From NCBI GenBank assembly GCA_050011655.1, contig JBEKIR010000003.1:1-59500 (forward strand): 59,500 nt of DNA, read 5' to 3'. The notes below the pieces were generated by a model. It saw nothing but the letters and a program-made list of their open reading frames with translations. It was not told where the DNA came from and did no database searches. The translations under genes were made by a program, and so were the position numbers. The DNA comes from Halobacteriota archaeon (GTDB lineage: Archaea > Halobacteriota > Bog-38 > Methanoflorentales > Methanoflorentaceae). Numbering within the stretch: the first letter of the stretch is position 1; every line of letters begins with the position of its first letter. Below, piece by piece: positions 9,204-19,548 of the stretch.

Positions 9204-10403
9204 ATGCAAAATTCTGACACTACAAAATACGTTATTTATGCTGACATCCATACAGACGGCGTCGTAGAGAAGCCAGACGTAGTAGGAGCGATATTTGGAC
9301 AGACGGAGGGGTTGCTTGGAGACGATTTGGATCTCAGAGAGCTCCAAAAGACAGGCAGGATAGGACGCATTGAGGTAAACATAAGCTCCAAAAGCGGCAA
9401 GTCCGACGGATACGTCCTGATTTCCTCCTCTCTCGATAAGATTGAAACTTCCATACTAGCGGCATCGCTGGAGACCATCGATCGTGTGGGACCGTGCGTC
9501 GCTAAAATGTCCGTTAGTAAGATCGAGGATGTCAGAGCGTCGAAGAGACGTCAGATCGTTGATCAGGCGAAGCACATACTTCTTGAAAAGTTTGATGAAA
9601 GCTTGCCAGAGAGCCAAGAGCTCACTGAATCGGTAAAGCAGGCTGTGCGAGTCGACGAACTTGTCTTCTATGGTAAAGAAAAACTCCCGTGCGGTCCTAA
9701 CGTTCAGGATTCTGACGCGATACTAATCGTTGAAGGACGAGCCGATGTTTTGACTCTGCTCAGGTACGGCATCAAGAATGCCATAGCCGTTGAAGGGACG
9801 AACGTGCCTAAGGCTGTGATTGAACTGAGCAAGAAGAAGACCGTCACAACGTTCTTGGACGGCGACCGAGGGGGCGAGTTAATCCTCAAGGAGCTCCTGC
9901 AAACCGCTGACGTCGATTACGTCGCGTATGCGCCTGAGGGCAAGAGCGTTGAAGATTTGTCTCAAAAAGAGATCGTAAAGGCGTTAAGAAACAAACTGCC
10001 CATCGAACAGGTGCTCGAACAAAAGAATAAGAAAAAGCCTTCGCAAACTACTCGAAATAAGCCAGAGCCAGCGCCGCGCGTTGCGCCTGTTGAAGCCAGC
10101 GAGCCGTCTCCGATCGAAAGCAGCTTCAGAAACTACGTAGAGGCGCTGAACGGCACGCTGAATGCGTTTTTGCTCGACGCAGAGGGGAAAGTTTTAAAAG
10201 AGGTAGAAGTGCGGAACCTCGTAAGCGCTCTGAAAGAATCAGATGGCCTAGTCAAGAGTGTCATTTTTGATGGGGTTATCACTCAGCGTATTCTTGATAT
10301 TGCGGCAGAAAAAGAGCTTAATTATCTAATAGGCGTCAAAATCGGCAATGTCGTTAAAAGGCCGCTTTCAGTCAAAGTACTCACTGTTGAAGATATCCAA
10401 TAA
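9204..10403 (+). CDS. dnaG: Archaeal DnaG (primase-like, exosome-associated TOPRIM protein)
   Basis: [34 protein letters not shown]; TTG 9195 is an alternative start. Confidence 0.96.
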   Translation: MQNSDTTKYVIYADIHTDGVVEKPDVVGAIFGQTEGLLGDDLDLRELQKTGRIGRIEVNISSKSGKSDGYVLISSSLDKIETSILAASLETIDRVGPCVAKMSVSKIEDVRASKRRQIVDQAKHILLEKFDESLPESQELTESVKQAVRVDELVFYGKEKLPCGPNVQDSDAILIVEGRADVLTLLRYGIKNAIAVEGTNVPKAVIELSKKKTVTTFLDGDRGGELILKELLQTADVDYVAYAPEGKSVEDLSQKEIVKALRNKLPIEQVLEQKNKKKPSQTTRNKPEPAPRVAPVEASEPSPIESSFRNYVEALNGTLNAFLLDAEGKVLKEVEVRNLVSALKESDGLVKSVIFDGVITQRILDIAAEKELNYLIGVKIGNVVKRPLSVKVLTVEDIQ

Positions 10404-10580
10404 TCTTTTAGTTGCGGAGCTAATTTGACCAGCTCCGTTTCCAACTTTTTGTCTATCTATTTTTAGAATTGCGCTCGCGACACATTTAAATACTTTTTTT
10501 AGGAAGCGCAATTCCTACATAAATACTTTATACCAGTTGATTTCAACCTTTCACTGTCTAACGACACCGAGGTATGGCCC

Positions 10581-10862
10581 ATGCATAAAGAGGAACTTAT
10601 TCAGTTACATACACTGTTAGTTCGCGTCAAAAACTATTTTGAAGAACACACGTGTTGTAACGGTGAATTTGAGCGATACGCTTCGCTCCATATCGGCCCG
10701 ATGCACATACACAGAAGCAAGGCTGAGCATAAGCACGCGATCTTCGTGCTTGGCAATGAACTCGCATGTGTGATGGACTCCGAGGAGTTCTCTGGTACAG
10801 GCAGGATTTCAGCACGAATGGAAGAACTTGCCGCACGAACCGAGATGATAAGATTACGATAG
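10581..10862 (+). CDS. UPF0058 family protein
   Basis: MHKEELIQLH...P.HIHRSK.EHK.AIF.LG; GAGGT RBS. Confidence 0.88.
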   Translation: MHKEELIQLHTLLVRVKNYFEEHTCCNGEFERYASLHIGPMHIHRSKAEHKHAIFVLGNELACVMDSEEFSGTGRISARMEELAARTEMIRLR

Positions 10863-11303
10863 TTAGTTAACTAATAATTTCTCCATCAAATAGGCGTCTT
10901 CGCCGTCTTGGTAATAAGCAGAAATAACCTTGACCAGATCGAAGCCGAGCGATAAGTACAATTTCTGAGCGCGAATGTTGCTCAGCCTCACTTCAAGGAG
11001 GAGTCGTAAGATTCCTTTTGCGCGCAAGACTTGGAAGAGAGCTTTTAGCAGCATTGATGCAAACCCCTTGCTTTGGCACCTCTTATCTACGGCTATTGAC
11101 AGGATTTTCACGTCAAATAAAGCTACTACTACGGTGGTCAAGAATCCAACTACGTGACCGTCTTCTTCCGCAACAAGGAAACCGTCAGGAAACGTTTCGT
11201 ATGCCGCCATAAACAATATCGGGTTGTATTCGCCAAAAGCCTCTTTTTCAATCGCTATGATCCGTTCAAAATCTGACGGGCGGAACGTACGAATTAAGGA
11301 CAA
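10863..11303 (-). CDS. rimI: RimI/Ard1-like GNAT N-acetyltransferase
   Basis: SIAV, LEVR.SN..A..LY, YY.DGEDA; AGGAGGT RBS before TTG. Confidence 0.9.
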   Translation of the reverse strand: MSLIRTFRPSDFERIIAIEKEAFGEYNPILFMAAYETFPDGFLVAEEDGHVVGFLTTVVVALFDVKILSIAVDKRCQSKGFASMLLKALFQVLRAKGILRLLLEVRLSNIRAQKLYLSLGFDLVKVISAYYQDGEDAYLMEKLLVN

Positions 11304-11371
11304 GTAACACCTCCTGGCGGCGGCCTGTCGACGCGGAATATGTATATGCTAACAAAGAATAATTAAAGGCT

Positions 11372-11797
11372 GTGGCTATGTCTGACCGCTGCGCGGAAGT
11401 ACTCCCAGAGTTTATACGAAACAACTACTCGACAGCGTTAGTCGAAGTCGGAAGCGGGAGATATTCGCGAGTCGCTCTCGCGCTTCGCTCCAGGTTTAAG
11501 GTTACAGCAACGGACATCCTTGAAATTGACGCAATCGATTGTCGCTTGAAGCCCATTTACGTCAAAGACGATGTCACGCGTCCCGATCTGCAACTGTATC
11601 GAGGGGCTAGTTTGATTTATGCCATTCGGCCCCCAATAGAGATTCAGCGAAGCATAATTGAGCTATCTGAGCAAATAGGTGCGGATACGCTCATTAAACC
11701 GCTCGGGTCTGAGGTCATCGAGGATACGCGACTAAGCTTGATCAATTTTCGCGGAATGCCGATGTACATCTTGAGATACACAACTGCGACTGAGTAG
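11372..11797 (+). CDS. UPF0146 family protein
   Basis: VEVG.G, DDV..P...Y..A.LIYAIRPP.E. Confidence 0.85.
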   Translation: MAMSDRCAEVLPEFIRNNYSTALVEVGSGRYSRVALALRSRFKVTATDILEIDAIDCRLKPIYVKDDVTRPDLQLYRGASLIYAIRPPIEIQRSIIELSEQIGADTLIKPLGSEVIEDTRLSLINFRGMPMYILRYTTATE

Positions 11798-11973
11798 CGC
11801 AACTCAGCCTGGCGGGCTTTCATGAATGCTGCCGCGAGGCGCCTAGGGCAGAAGCCGAGTTACGCAGGCCAGTTCACTCGATGACAAACTGTGACTTGTT
11901 CAATGTTGCAGCTCGGTAGCGACTGATCGATAGAGCTATTTTTTATGACAACACCTAGTGAATCGAGCATCTT

Positions 11974-13548
11974 ATGGTTTCAGGCTTTGAAAAATTGACT
12001 GCAATCGCCGGCGACGGTGAAGGGGTCGGGCTCGAGTTTAAGGAGTTCTTGACACGAGAAACTCATCTTAAGGGAGAGCGCCGGCAAACTCTCGCGTGTC
12101 AAATGAAGTGCAAACTCCTGCAAGCTGATGGGAAAGCACGATACATTGTAGGGATTACCGATTCAGGCTATCTCAAAGGTATTTCCAGGCCGCAGCTAGA
12201 TGAGTCTGTGCAGGTTTTGCACGCCATCGCTCACGACGTTGGTGCGCACGTGTGTGGGCTAGAAGAATATGCGGTCAAGGGAGGTCATATCGGATTACTA
12301 ACTATCAAAAACAAGCACTCAGAAAAAGAACATATTCTTGTTGGAACTGCGGGCCACGTAGATCACGGCAAAAGCACTTTAGTGGGCACGATTGTAAGCG
12401 GCACTCCTGATGATGGGGCAGGAAAAACGAGACTGTATCTGGACGTCAAGCCCCACGAAATAGAGAGAGGACTCTCAGCAGATCTATCGTACGTAGTTTA
12501 CGGTTTCAACGAGCGCGTCATCCGACTGAAGAACCCACTTAGCAAGAGAGAACGAGCAGGTGTCGTTCAAAATTCCGCAAAGCTAGTTTCGTTTGTCGAT
12601 ACTGTGGGGCACGAACCGTGGCTCAGAACTACCATCAGGGGAATCGTCGGGCCAAAGCTCGATTACGGCCTTCTAGTCGTCTCCGCTGACGATGGTGTAA
12701 CCCACGTCACGAAGGAACATCTAGGAATCTTACTCGCAATGGAACTTCCCACCATTGTCGCATTAACCAAGATCGATAGAGTTAGTGAGCGGGCTATACA
12801 AGAGGTCGAATCTCAGATCCACGACATCCTACGGGTCGTCGGCCGAGTGCCTTACAAATTGAAAGCGGTCGACGGGGTCGAGAAGATTTGCGGTAAGGTC
12901 GCGCAAGGGCTGCTCGTGCCGATTATACGAACTTCTCCTGTGACACTTGATGGTATCGAAATCTTGGACGAGCTTTTCAAGCGCCTGCCAAAAAGGAACG
13001 TGACTGAGAATAGGGACTTTGAGATGTACATCGACCGTGTTTACCAGATAACTGGCGTTGGGTCCGTAGCCAGCGGCACGATCAAGAGTGGCACCGTTGC
13101 TGTTGGCGACACGCTCTATCTGGGCCCCGCAAAAGACGCTGCGTTCTGGCGAGTGAAGATCCAATCGATTGAAATGCACCACTGTAACGTCGAAAAAGCC
13201 TCGGCCGGCGATATCGTCGGGCTTGCCATTAAGGGCGTTAAGCCTCACGACATTGAGCGAGGCATGGTTCTAGCGCGAAAAAAGCCCGCTGCGGTGAGGG
13301 AATTTGTCAGTGAAGTATATATTTTGCACCACCCAACGAGGATCGGACGCGGTTATGAACCTGTGATTCACGTCGAAACTATATCAGAGAGCGTGACCTT
13401 TGATCCTGAGCGTGAGTTCATGATGGCCGGCGAGTCTGGGACAGTAAGGATCCGGTTCAAATATCGGCCGTATCACGTATACACAGGTCAGAGATTCATT
13501 TTTAGAGAAGGCAAGAGCAAGGGTGTTGGAACTATTCTAAGCGTTTGA
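11974..13548 (+). CDS. GTPBP1-family translational GTPase
   Basis: GHVDHGKST, DTVGHEPWLRTT, TKID, EF-Tu-like domains II/III, FREGKSKG; N-terminal EFK domain. Confidence 0.92.
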   Translation: MVSGFEKLTAIAGDGEGVGLEFKEFLTRETHLKGERRQTLACQMKCKLLQADGKARYIVGITDSGYLKGISRPQLDESVQVLHAIAHDVGAHVCGLEEYAVKGGHIGLLTIKNKHSEKEHILVGTAGHVDHGKSTLVGTIVSGTPDDGAGKTRLYLDVKPHEIERGLSADLSYVVYGFNERVIRLKNPLSKRERAGVVQNSAKLVSFVDTVGHEPWLRTTIRGIVGPKLDYGLLVVSADDGVTHVTKEHLGILLAMELPTIVALTKIDRVSERAIQEVESQIHDILRVVGRVPYKLKAVDGVEKICGKVAQGLLVPIIRTSPVTLDGIEILDELFKRLPKRNVTENRDFEMYIDRVYQITGVGSVASGTIKSGTVAVGDTLYLGPAKDAAFWRVKIQSIEMHHCNVEKASAGDIVGLAIKGVKPHDIERGMVLARKKPAAVREFVSEVYILHHPTRIGRGYEPVIHVETISESVTFDPEREFMMAGESGTVRIRFKYRPYHVYTGQRFIFREGKSKGVGTILSV

Positions 13549-13579
13549 AATTACTTCCACGCAGACAAGACGCGCTAGT

Positions 13580-14518
13580 CTATATCCCAAATGATTCCGC
13601 GAGCACCGATTCGTTCAATCGGCCAAACTTGAGCGTGTTATTTGATTGCGCATCCGTGATCGTGACTTGGGCAGGCGCGAACATGAACTTGTCTATCTTA
13701 TAAAAGTCATAGTTTGCGTCTTTAAAGGTTTGGTAAAACGGCTTGCCATAGGACGGGGACGTTTCCGAGGGCAGTTTTTCGAATACGTCGTCGTACTTCT
13801 TGACCGTCATGAAGACATTTCCATAGTAGATTATGCCGTCGTTCGTCATGCCCATCGCTCGAAGTGAATCCTTGGTGAGGGGCGCGATCGGGCACGAACC
13901 GGCTGCGCTCATTATTTGTAGTGTGTCATATCCGAGTTCTGCGGCTTTGTAAACGGCGACTTCGACCACTCTACCAGCCACTTGCACGGTACCGACAATT
14001 GATGACGTCGGCGCGTTAAGAAGTGTCAATTTTGAAGGCTCAAGGTTGCATTGCTCGGCGATCTCGTCAGCAACCTTTTCATCGGGCAAATGGTCGCATT
14101 CTAGTGCGATTACCCCAAAATCATAATCATCTTCGTAGTCTATGAGTTCGTACGTCTTCTTCGGCTGGCACGACAAAGCTCGCGCCGGTCCTGAACCCAT
14201 TGCGCTGTAGTTATCGCCCCGTATCGACCAGCCCGCTTTCTGAGATCCAAGCGTGGCAAGAGCGGGATGGTCTGTAAAAACTTGAATAAACACTAAGGGC
14301 GTATTCTTCAATGTCTGCACGGTGAGCCTGACAGATCCGAGCCCGCCGAGGCATATTTCGGTAAACATCTCGCCAGCTTCGTAGCCGCCTTCAACATTAA
14401 CGCCGCAGTCAATAACCGTGGAACCGTTGTCAAGCTCAAGCGCCTCTATCTTCAGTTCTTCCGTGTAATCCAACATTTCTTCAACAATTCCCATAGAGAT
14501 TTCATTAACGCTAAGCAC
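13580..14518 (-). CDS. mch: Methenyltetrahydromethanopterin cyclohydrolase
   Basis: GSQKAGW, GSGPARAL, PT.S..G.VQV..RVVE, DFYKID..FAPA. Confidence 0.96.
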   Translation of the reverse strand: MLSVNEISMGIVEEMLDYTEELKIEALELDNGSTVIDCGVNVEGGYEAGEMFTEICLGGLGSVRLTVQTLKNTPLVFIQVFTDHPALATLGSQKAGWSIRGDNYSAMGSGPARALSCQPKKTYELIDYEDDYDFGVIALECDHLPDEKVADEIAEQCNLEPSKLTLLNAPTSSIVGTVQVAGRVVEVAVYKAAELGYDTLQIMSAAGSCPIAPLTKDSLRAMGMTNDGIIYYGNVFMTVKKYDDVFEKLPSETSPSYGKPFYQTFKDANYDFYKIDKFMFAPAQVTITDAQSNNTLKFGRLNESVLAESFGI

Positions 14519-14597
14519 ATTATCAACTCCAAGACTTAGATGGGATGGAGGCTATATTTCTCTTGCGATCAGACCTGTAACCTTCGGCAGAGGGTAA

Positions 14598-15527
14598 TTA
14601 TTCAGCTCTGGCTGCCATGCGTAGTTGTACTACTGCAAGTTGCCTCAGTTTATCAAAGGCAGCCAACCGAGGCAAATTGGCGAGCGTTTTACTCGGAGCA
14701 ATCCAAACGCGCTCTTGCCCAAATGCATCAATAAACGGGCCAACCCGCTTCTCGAGAGCTTCAATTGACTCTACTTGAGCCTTTGATGAATTTACACATC
14801 CCACACATGCTACTTTTTCGTGCACCTCAAGAAGTTCTTTAAATTTAACCGTCGCGTTATTCTGGGCGAAATCAACAACGTCAAAGGAAATGACCGCAAT
14901 TTTCGCTTCTAACAGCTTTGGAAACACATTGCTCACGTTTCCTTCGAAGTGACAAACGGGCGTTTTCACCCTTTTAAACAGTACCGACAGCAGGTCTAAA
15001 AATACGTCAATGTCACGCACGATCTCGATGGGTTCTGTGATTTGGATCAAGCTTGCGTGGTTCTCTCTGAGCGCATCGATTTCGTAGCGAAGCACAGATG
15101 CAATATCAAATAGCAAGTTCACGTCGTGTTTCGATCGGTACGGTGCTTTCGCGTCTAATACGCAGCTGGCGGCAAATGAGAACGGGCCTGGCAATACTGC
15201 CTTGACATGCGTTGCGTCACCACATTCTCTCGCAGCAGTAATAAAATCCAATTCCGTTGTTGTATTGCGCGGGGTCCCCACTGTGGTTTCAATTCGCGGG
15301 TGGTCATCCATCAGCATTCCGGGAACGTTGGATGCGAGTAGGTGAGTGACTTGCCTCACTTGACCGTCTGTAACGATGTCAACGCCGGCTCTTAGCTGGT
15401 CCTGAACCGCCTTTTTGACCGCTGCTGTGAAAGGGTTCTCGCCACCTGCTCGGACGTATTCTCGTATAGCTTTGAGATCTGGTCGCGTTGGGTAACCGCT
15501 TAAGTTTGCCGATAGCATGCTAAGCAC
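14598..15527 (-). CDS. Cobalamin-independent methionine synthase-like (MetE/MesA fold) protein lacking the Zn ligands
   Basis: GYP, AV.DQL.AGVDIVTDGQVR, GP.S.A, IQITEP, G.V....VES; HxC is HFE and PDCG is PSKT. Confidence 0.75.
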   Translation of the reverse strand: MLSMLSANLSGYPTRPDLKAIREYVRAGGENPFTAAVKKAVQDQLRAGVDIVTDGQVRQVTHLLASNVPGMLMDDHPRIETTVGTPRNTTTELDFITAARECGDATHVKAVLPGPFSFAASCVLDAKAPYRSKHDVNLLFDIASVLRYEIDALRENHASLIQITEPIEIVRDIDVFLDLLSVLFKRVKTPVCHFEGNVSNVFPKLLEAKIAVISFDVVDFAQNNATVKFKELLEVHEKVACVGCVNSSKAQVESIEALEKRVGPFIDAFGQERVWIAPSKTLANLPRLAAFDKLRQLAVVQLRMAARAE

Positions 15528-16587
15528 CCGCCGGCAGCATTTTTTCTTGTTGCGTCTCTTGGTACGTCCTGAACAAAGCGAGGGCTAGGCCGTATGCTGC
15601 CGGCCCTATGATGAAGCCAATCGGCCCGAGTGCTAAGATGGGAGCCGTGAACGCAAGAATCGTCAGTGCTTGAGGCACCCTGCCGGTGCGATGGGCCCAC
15701 ATCGGAAGTATGTACAAGCCCGTAAGCTGATCAAGCACTGCCCAACTAAAAACCAATAGAACCACGGCCTTTATCGGATCTCCGATAAGCAGGTAATACA
15801 ATGTGAGCGGTACGTACACGATTGCCCTCCCAATGACGGGGATGAGCCCAAAAATCGCAATGAGTATTGCGAACGTAATGAAATAGGGCACACCGAGGAT
15901 TGCATACCCCACCGCCGCTAAGATGCCACTCACAATACTGGATCCTAGATTGACGACGTAGAGTGAGTAATATATGAGTTGCAGGTGTCCCAGAAAGCGA
16001 TTTACGACGGTTTGATACTCCGCCGGCACTAGCGTGATCATCTCGCCGAAGAAATCCTTTCCGCGCAGCAAGAGATAATAAAGAAGCAAAGTCACGATCA
16101 CCAGTTCGACGACGTAGAGCGGTATGTTTGGAATGACCCGTTCTATGACGCTTGTTGAGCTCGCTAGCACATCCTTCAGAATGGTCGACAATATGTCAGA
16201 GATTCTACCCTGTAAGCTTGCTACTTGGAGACTCTCGCTTATTCGCGCGCTAAGGCTCGTGATTAGACTTTGGGAACCCTGGCTGAGCAACTTGTCAAGG
16301 TTCTCAGAAGAGACAGATAAACTAGCGATCTCACTGTATAATATGTAAACGATGTCAAGCAATACGAACGCGAGGGCTGCGAAGATAGAAACGATAACGA
16401 TCAGAATGGCGCTTCGTCGTCGGTGTATGCGTTTTTCGAGCCACGCAGTGGGGTATTGTAGAATGAACGCGAGCAACAGCGTTATGGCAATGACGTCTTT
16501 GAATGGCCACGAGATAAAAACGAGAACTGTGGCAAGACTCGCTACAAGAACTAGGAGCACCAACCTTTCGCGTAGCTTTTTGTCCAT
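15520..16587 (-). CDS. AI-2E family transporter
   Basis: Multi-TM; LA....P, LIP.IG, G..G.IIGP pattern. Confidence 0.88.
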   Translation of the reverse strand: MDKKLRERLVLLVLVASLATVLVFISWPFKDVIAITLLLAFILQYPTAWLEKRIHRRRSAILIVIVSIFAALAFVLLDIVYILYSEIASLSVSSENLDKLLSQGSQSLITSLSARISESLQVASLQGRISDILSTILKDVLASSTSVIERVIPNIPLYVVELVIVTLLLYYLLLRGKDFFGEMITLVPAEYQTVVNRFLGHLQLIYYSLYVVNLGSSIVSGILAAVGYAILGVPYFITFAILIAIFGLIPVIGRAIVYVPLTLYYLLIGDPIKAVVLLVFSWAVLDQLTGLYILPMWAHRTGRVPQALTILAFTAPILALGPIGFIIGPAAYGLALALFRTYQETQQEKMLPAGA

Positions 16588-16693
16588 AGATTCGGTGCGG
16601 CCCCTTCCTCAACTCACTACTCATGCGAGATCAAGCTTTCTATGGGGGGCGCATCGACAGCGTTATTATCTCCGTACTCATGTAACTCACTGT

Positions 16694-17053
16694 ATGGACC
16701 GACTAGACAAGATCTTTGAATTACAGGCGAGCTTTGACGAATCCGTTCAAAATCGAGCCCCTTTTAACGAGTGGAGCAAAGAAGACCGCGTCGTCGCCTT
16801 GCTTGGGCATCTGATACAGGAGTCTTATGAGACGCGCAACACGCTGGGCGTTGTCATCACCGGTGAGAGGAAGTGGTGGAAAAAACACACGCTGTCTGCG
16901 GAAAAGTGGTGCAGCGTTCACGAAGAACTAATTGATTGCTTGCACTTCCTAGTGTCTGCGATGATCAGTGCAGGCCTAACGCCACAAACGGTCATCGAAG
17001 CGTATGAAAAAAAGAACCTCATCAATAGAAAGAGGCAAGCTGAGAGCTACTAG
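16694..17053 (+). CDS. All-alpha dimeric dUTPase-like NTP pyrophosphatase
   Basis: E..E, KWWK, EELID.LHF, Y..KN..N..RQ..Y; start at ATG 16694. Confidence 0.82.
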   Translation: MDRLDKIFELQASFDESVQNRAPFNEWSKEDRVVALLGHLIQESYETRNTLGVVITGERKWWKKHTLSAEKWCSVHEELIDCLHFLVSAMISAGLTPQTVIEAYEKKNLINRKRQAESY

Positions 17054-18222
17054 ATTTTGATCTTTCCGTACCAACCGCCTCTGCCCACAAACTCGAAGTC
17101 GATGGCGTCTTTTCTGAACCGTTCAAGCACTCCAGAGAGTTCTGGGTGCTGTTGCCTCACATCACCTAGAGGCGCATCGATTAGAATATTTATTTCGTTA
17201 TCAAATTCCCGTATCAGTTCGCCATAAATCTTCTTGACGTTCATTGGATTGGACCGCTTCATAGCCTTCAGTATCTCTAAGAGCGGCACGGCGTGTATAT
17301 ATGGCGGCCTTTGTGCTAAGGGAACCTCGCAACTCTTGAGCGCAAGGAGCTGTATCCTATCTTTCACACCTATTTTGAGTGGTCCGCCGCACTCGGGACA
17401 GGTTTTTAGCACGTTTCCATCGGCGGTGATATCTTCCAGGTCGTAAGCTTTTTTGCAGCGACGGCATCCTGTCAGATGGTACTTGCCCTCTCGTGGATCG
17501 AGACCTACGTTGAGGACTACCCTCCGGCCGTTGACGCCTTGAAATGCTCGACGGATCTCACGAAAACTTGGGCGTCGCAAGCAGAATCGCGTAAACTCTC
17601 TGCCTAACTTGTCTGGCGCTGCGGAATGAGCGTCACTGAAAGACACGAAGGTGCACGAATCCAACTCTGCTAGCTTGCTGGCCATTTTGGTGTCGGCACT
17701 TAGTCCAAGCTCTAGAAAGGTGACAAGATCTCTATTCTCCCCGTAACACTCACGGATGCTGTCGTAAGCGGCGTACATTGATGTCCAAGGAGTGAAGGCG
17801 TGTGACGGCCCCGCGAGTGCGTCGACTTCATGAACCAAACTGATAAGTTCCTCAGGCGATATTTTAAGCTGAGGTCTGCCACCAGTTAATTTCGAATATC
17901 CGTTGTTCAACACCACTTCGCGGAGTTCGTGCGCGGAAGAGAAACTCGGAAACAATATCAGATGGTGAACACGCCCTTTGACCGTTGTTTCGACTTCAGT
18001 TTGAATTACATACGCAATTCCATCAATCTCATAACAGTCTCCACGCTTTTCTAAGCTCGATTCTAGCTCTTCTAGCCATACGCCCTGAAGGCAATCGCCA
18101 GTTCCTAGCACTTGAACGCCTTTCAGATGAGCAGTTTCGCACATTCGCGGCAGGTCCATCTTGGGGCTCGTCCCGATGCTGAAACGTGAGTGTAGGTGCA
18201 GATCCGCGTCAAAGTGCTTCAT
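17050..18222 (-). CDS. endoQ: Endonuclease Q family PHP protein (TIGR00375-like)
   Basis: DLHLHSRFS, GTGD, VHHL, H.FTPW, ELGLS, SDAHS, GKYH..C..C...CP.CG, GGG.YG; start at ATG 18222. Confidence 0.88.
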   Translation of the reverse strand: MKHFDADLHLHSRFSIGTSPKMDLPRMCETAHLKGVQVLGTGDCLQGVWLEELESSLEKRGDCYEIDGIAYVIQTEVETTVKGRVHHLILFPSFSSAHELREVVLNNGYSKLTGGRPQLKISPEELISLVHEVDALAGPSHAFTPWTSMYAAYDSIRECYGENRDLVTFLELGLSADTKMASKLAELDSCTFVSFSDAHSAAPDKLGREFTRFCLRRPSFREIRRAFQGVNGRRVVLNVGLDPREGKYHLTGCRRCKKAYDLEDITADGNVLKTCPECGGPLKIGVKDRIQLLALKSCEVPLAQRPPYIHAVPLLEILKAMKRSNPMNVKKIYGELIREFDNEINILIDAPLGDVRQQHPELSGVLERFRKDAIDFEFVGRGGWYGKIKI

Positions 18223-18353
18223 CTCTTGGTATTTCGTAAAACAGATATAAATAGCTAAATAGCTCACAATCGCTTTTGTGAAGACGAACACGGAAGTAGT
18301 TTTTTAAGTCAAGAAAAGAAACACATGAGTGACGCCTGAAGCGATTGGACTCT

Positions 18354-19226
18354 ATGGATAAAATTTACACAGCGATCACTGAGGCTGCCAATGAGCTGGC
18401 AAAAAAGATTGATGCCGCACATATTTTTGTGATCTCAGATGCATCGTGTAGCGAGGTACCCTGCGACGTCCCTTCGACTTTTATTGAAACCTCTTCGCTA
18501 TCGAAAGGCGTCACTAAAGAGTTGCAGGACCTCCTGAGCGAAAGCGCAACCCAGGACCTCAAAACCAAAATCGTCGCCCCAGCGTTCAATGATTTCGCGC
18601 TTGTGCAGGACATTGCCACTGCGGCCTATGTTCAGGACGTAGTAAAGGGGGGATACATCGTTGGTGTGTTATGCCTGGCAGATCTATCGTCTATCGTTGT
18701 GTGTGACGTCAAACAGCTCGTAACGGTGCAGGCAATAGACAGGACAGCGGAACGCGTGGATCCAACGGCGCTAAAAGCGGTGTTGCGATTGGCTCTTGAA
18801 TTGGGAAGAGAGGGCAGAGAAGGCAAGAAAGTGGGAACGGCATTCATAGTTGGGGACACGAATGAAGTGCTGAGAAGATCACATCAGCTTATTCTCAATC
18901 CGTACAAGGGACACGACGCAGATATGCGGGACATAAAGAATCCTTCGCATTGGGAAACCATCAAAGAATTTGCTCAGCTAGACGGCGTTTTTATTGTAGA
19001 CGAGAAAGGAATCATCACATCAGCCGGCAGATACTTAGACGTAAACACAAAATTGATCCAGTTAGAGGGGTTAGGGGGGCGACACATATCGGCGCTTGCG
19101 ATCACGCGCGAGACACACGCAATAGCAATAACCGTTTCAGAAAGCGGAGGAACAGTCCGCCTTTTCAAAGACGGCATCGAAACCAGAATCGAGCCGAGCG
19201 CTGACCTGTTCTTACTCTTACCATAA
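18354..19226 (+). CDS. dacZ: Diadenylate cyclase (DacZ, DisA_N domain)
   Basis: GREGKKVGTAF, NP..G, KEFAQLDGVF, GLGGRH, VSESGG. Confidence 0.88.
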   Translation: MDKIYTAITEAANELAKKIDAAHIFVISDASCSEVPCDVPSTFIETSSLSKGVTKELQDLLSESATQDLKTKIVAPAFNDFALVQDIATAAYVQDVVKGGYIVGVLCLADLSSIVVCDVKQLVTVQAIDRTAERVDPTALKAVLRLALELGREGREGKKVGTAFIVGDTNEVLRRSHQLILNPYKGHDADMRDIKNPSHWETIKEFAQLDGVFIVDEKGIITSAGRYLDVNTKLIQLEGLGGRHISALAITRETHAIAITVSESGGTVRLFKDGIETRIEPSADLFLLLP

Positions 19227-19433
19227 TGCGATCATCCAGCCGCAGATCGTGTTAGCACCGAATCAGGAGGTGATGCTCGTCGTCGTCTCAGCATTTGCCC
19301 GCCCATCGTTTTTTCTTCACGATCGCCGATTTATCTTTCATTCGGGCTTAGCTACCTATTCAATCCGCGCGCTGAAAAAGCATCTCGTGCGAGGCGTTAA
19401 GAAGAAAGCTAAATACACGGATAACAAAGTTTA

Positions 19434-19539
19434 TGCGGGGGGTGCGATTTGAACGCACGAACTCCTATGAGACAGGGTATCTTACTTCTACATCGCAGCC
19501 CTAAGCCCTGCGCCTTTGACCTAGCTTGGCAACCCCCGC
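19434..19539 (-). tRNA. tRNA-Leu(TAG) with a 21-nt canonical 37/38 intron (19479-19499)
   Basis: Acceptor GCGGGGG/CCCCCGC, anticodon arm CAGGG-CT-TAG-G^A-CCCTG, long variable arm, TTCAAAT T-loop; BHB central helix CTTA/TAAG; TATA TTTTAAATA embedded in the upstream gene end. Confidence 0.95.
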
Positions 19540-19548
19540 TAAGCACTC

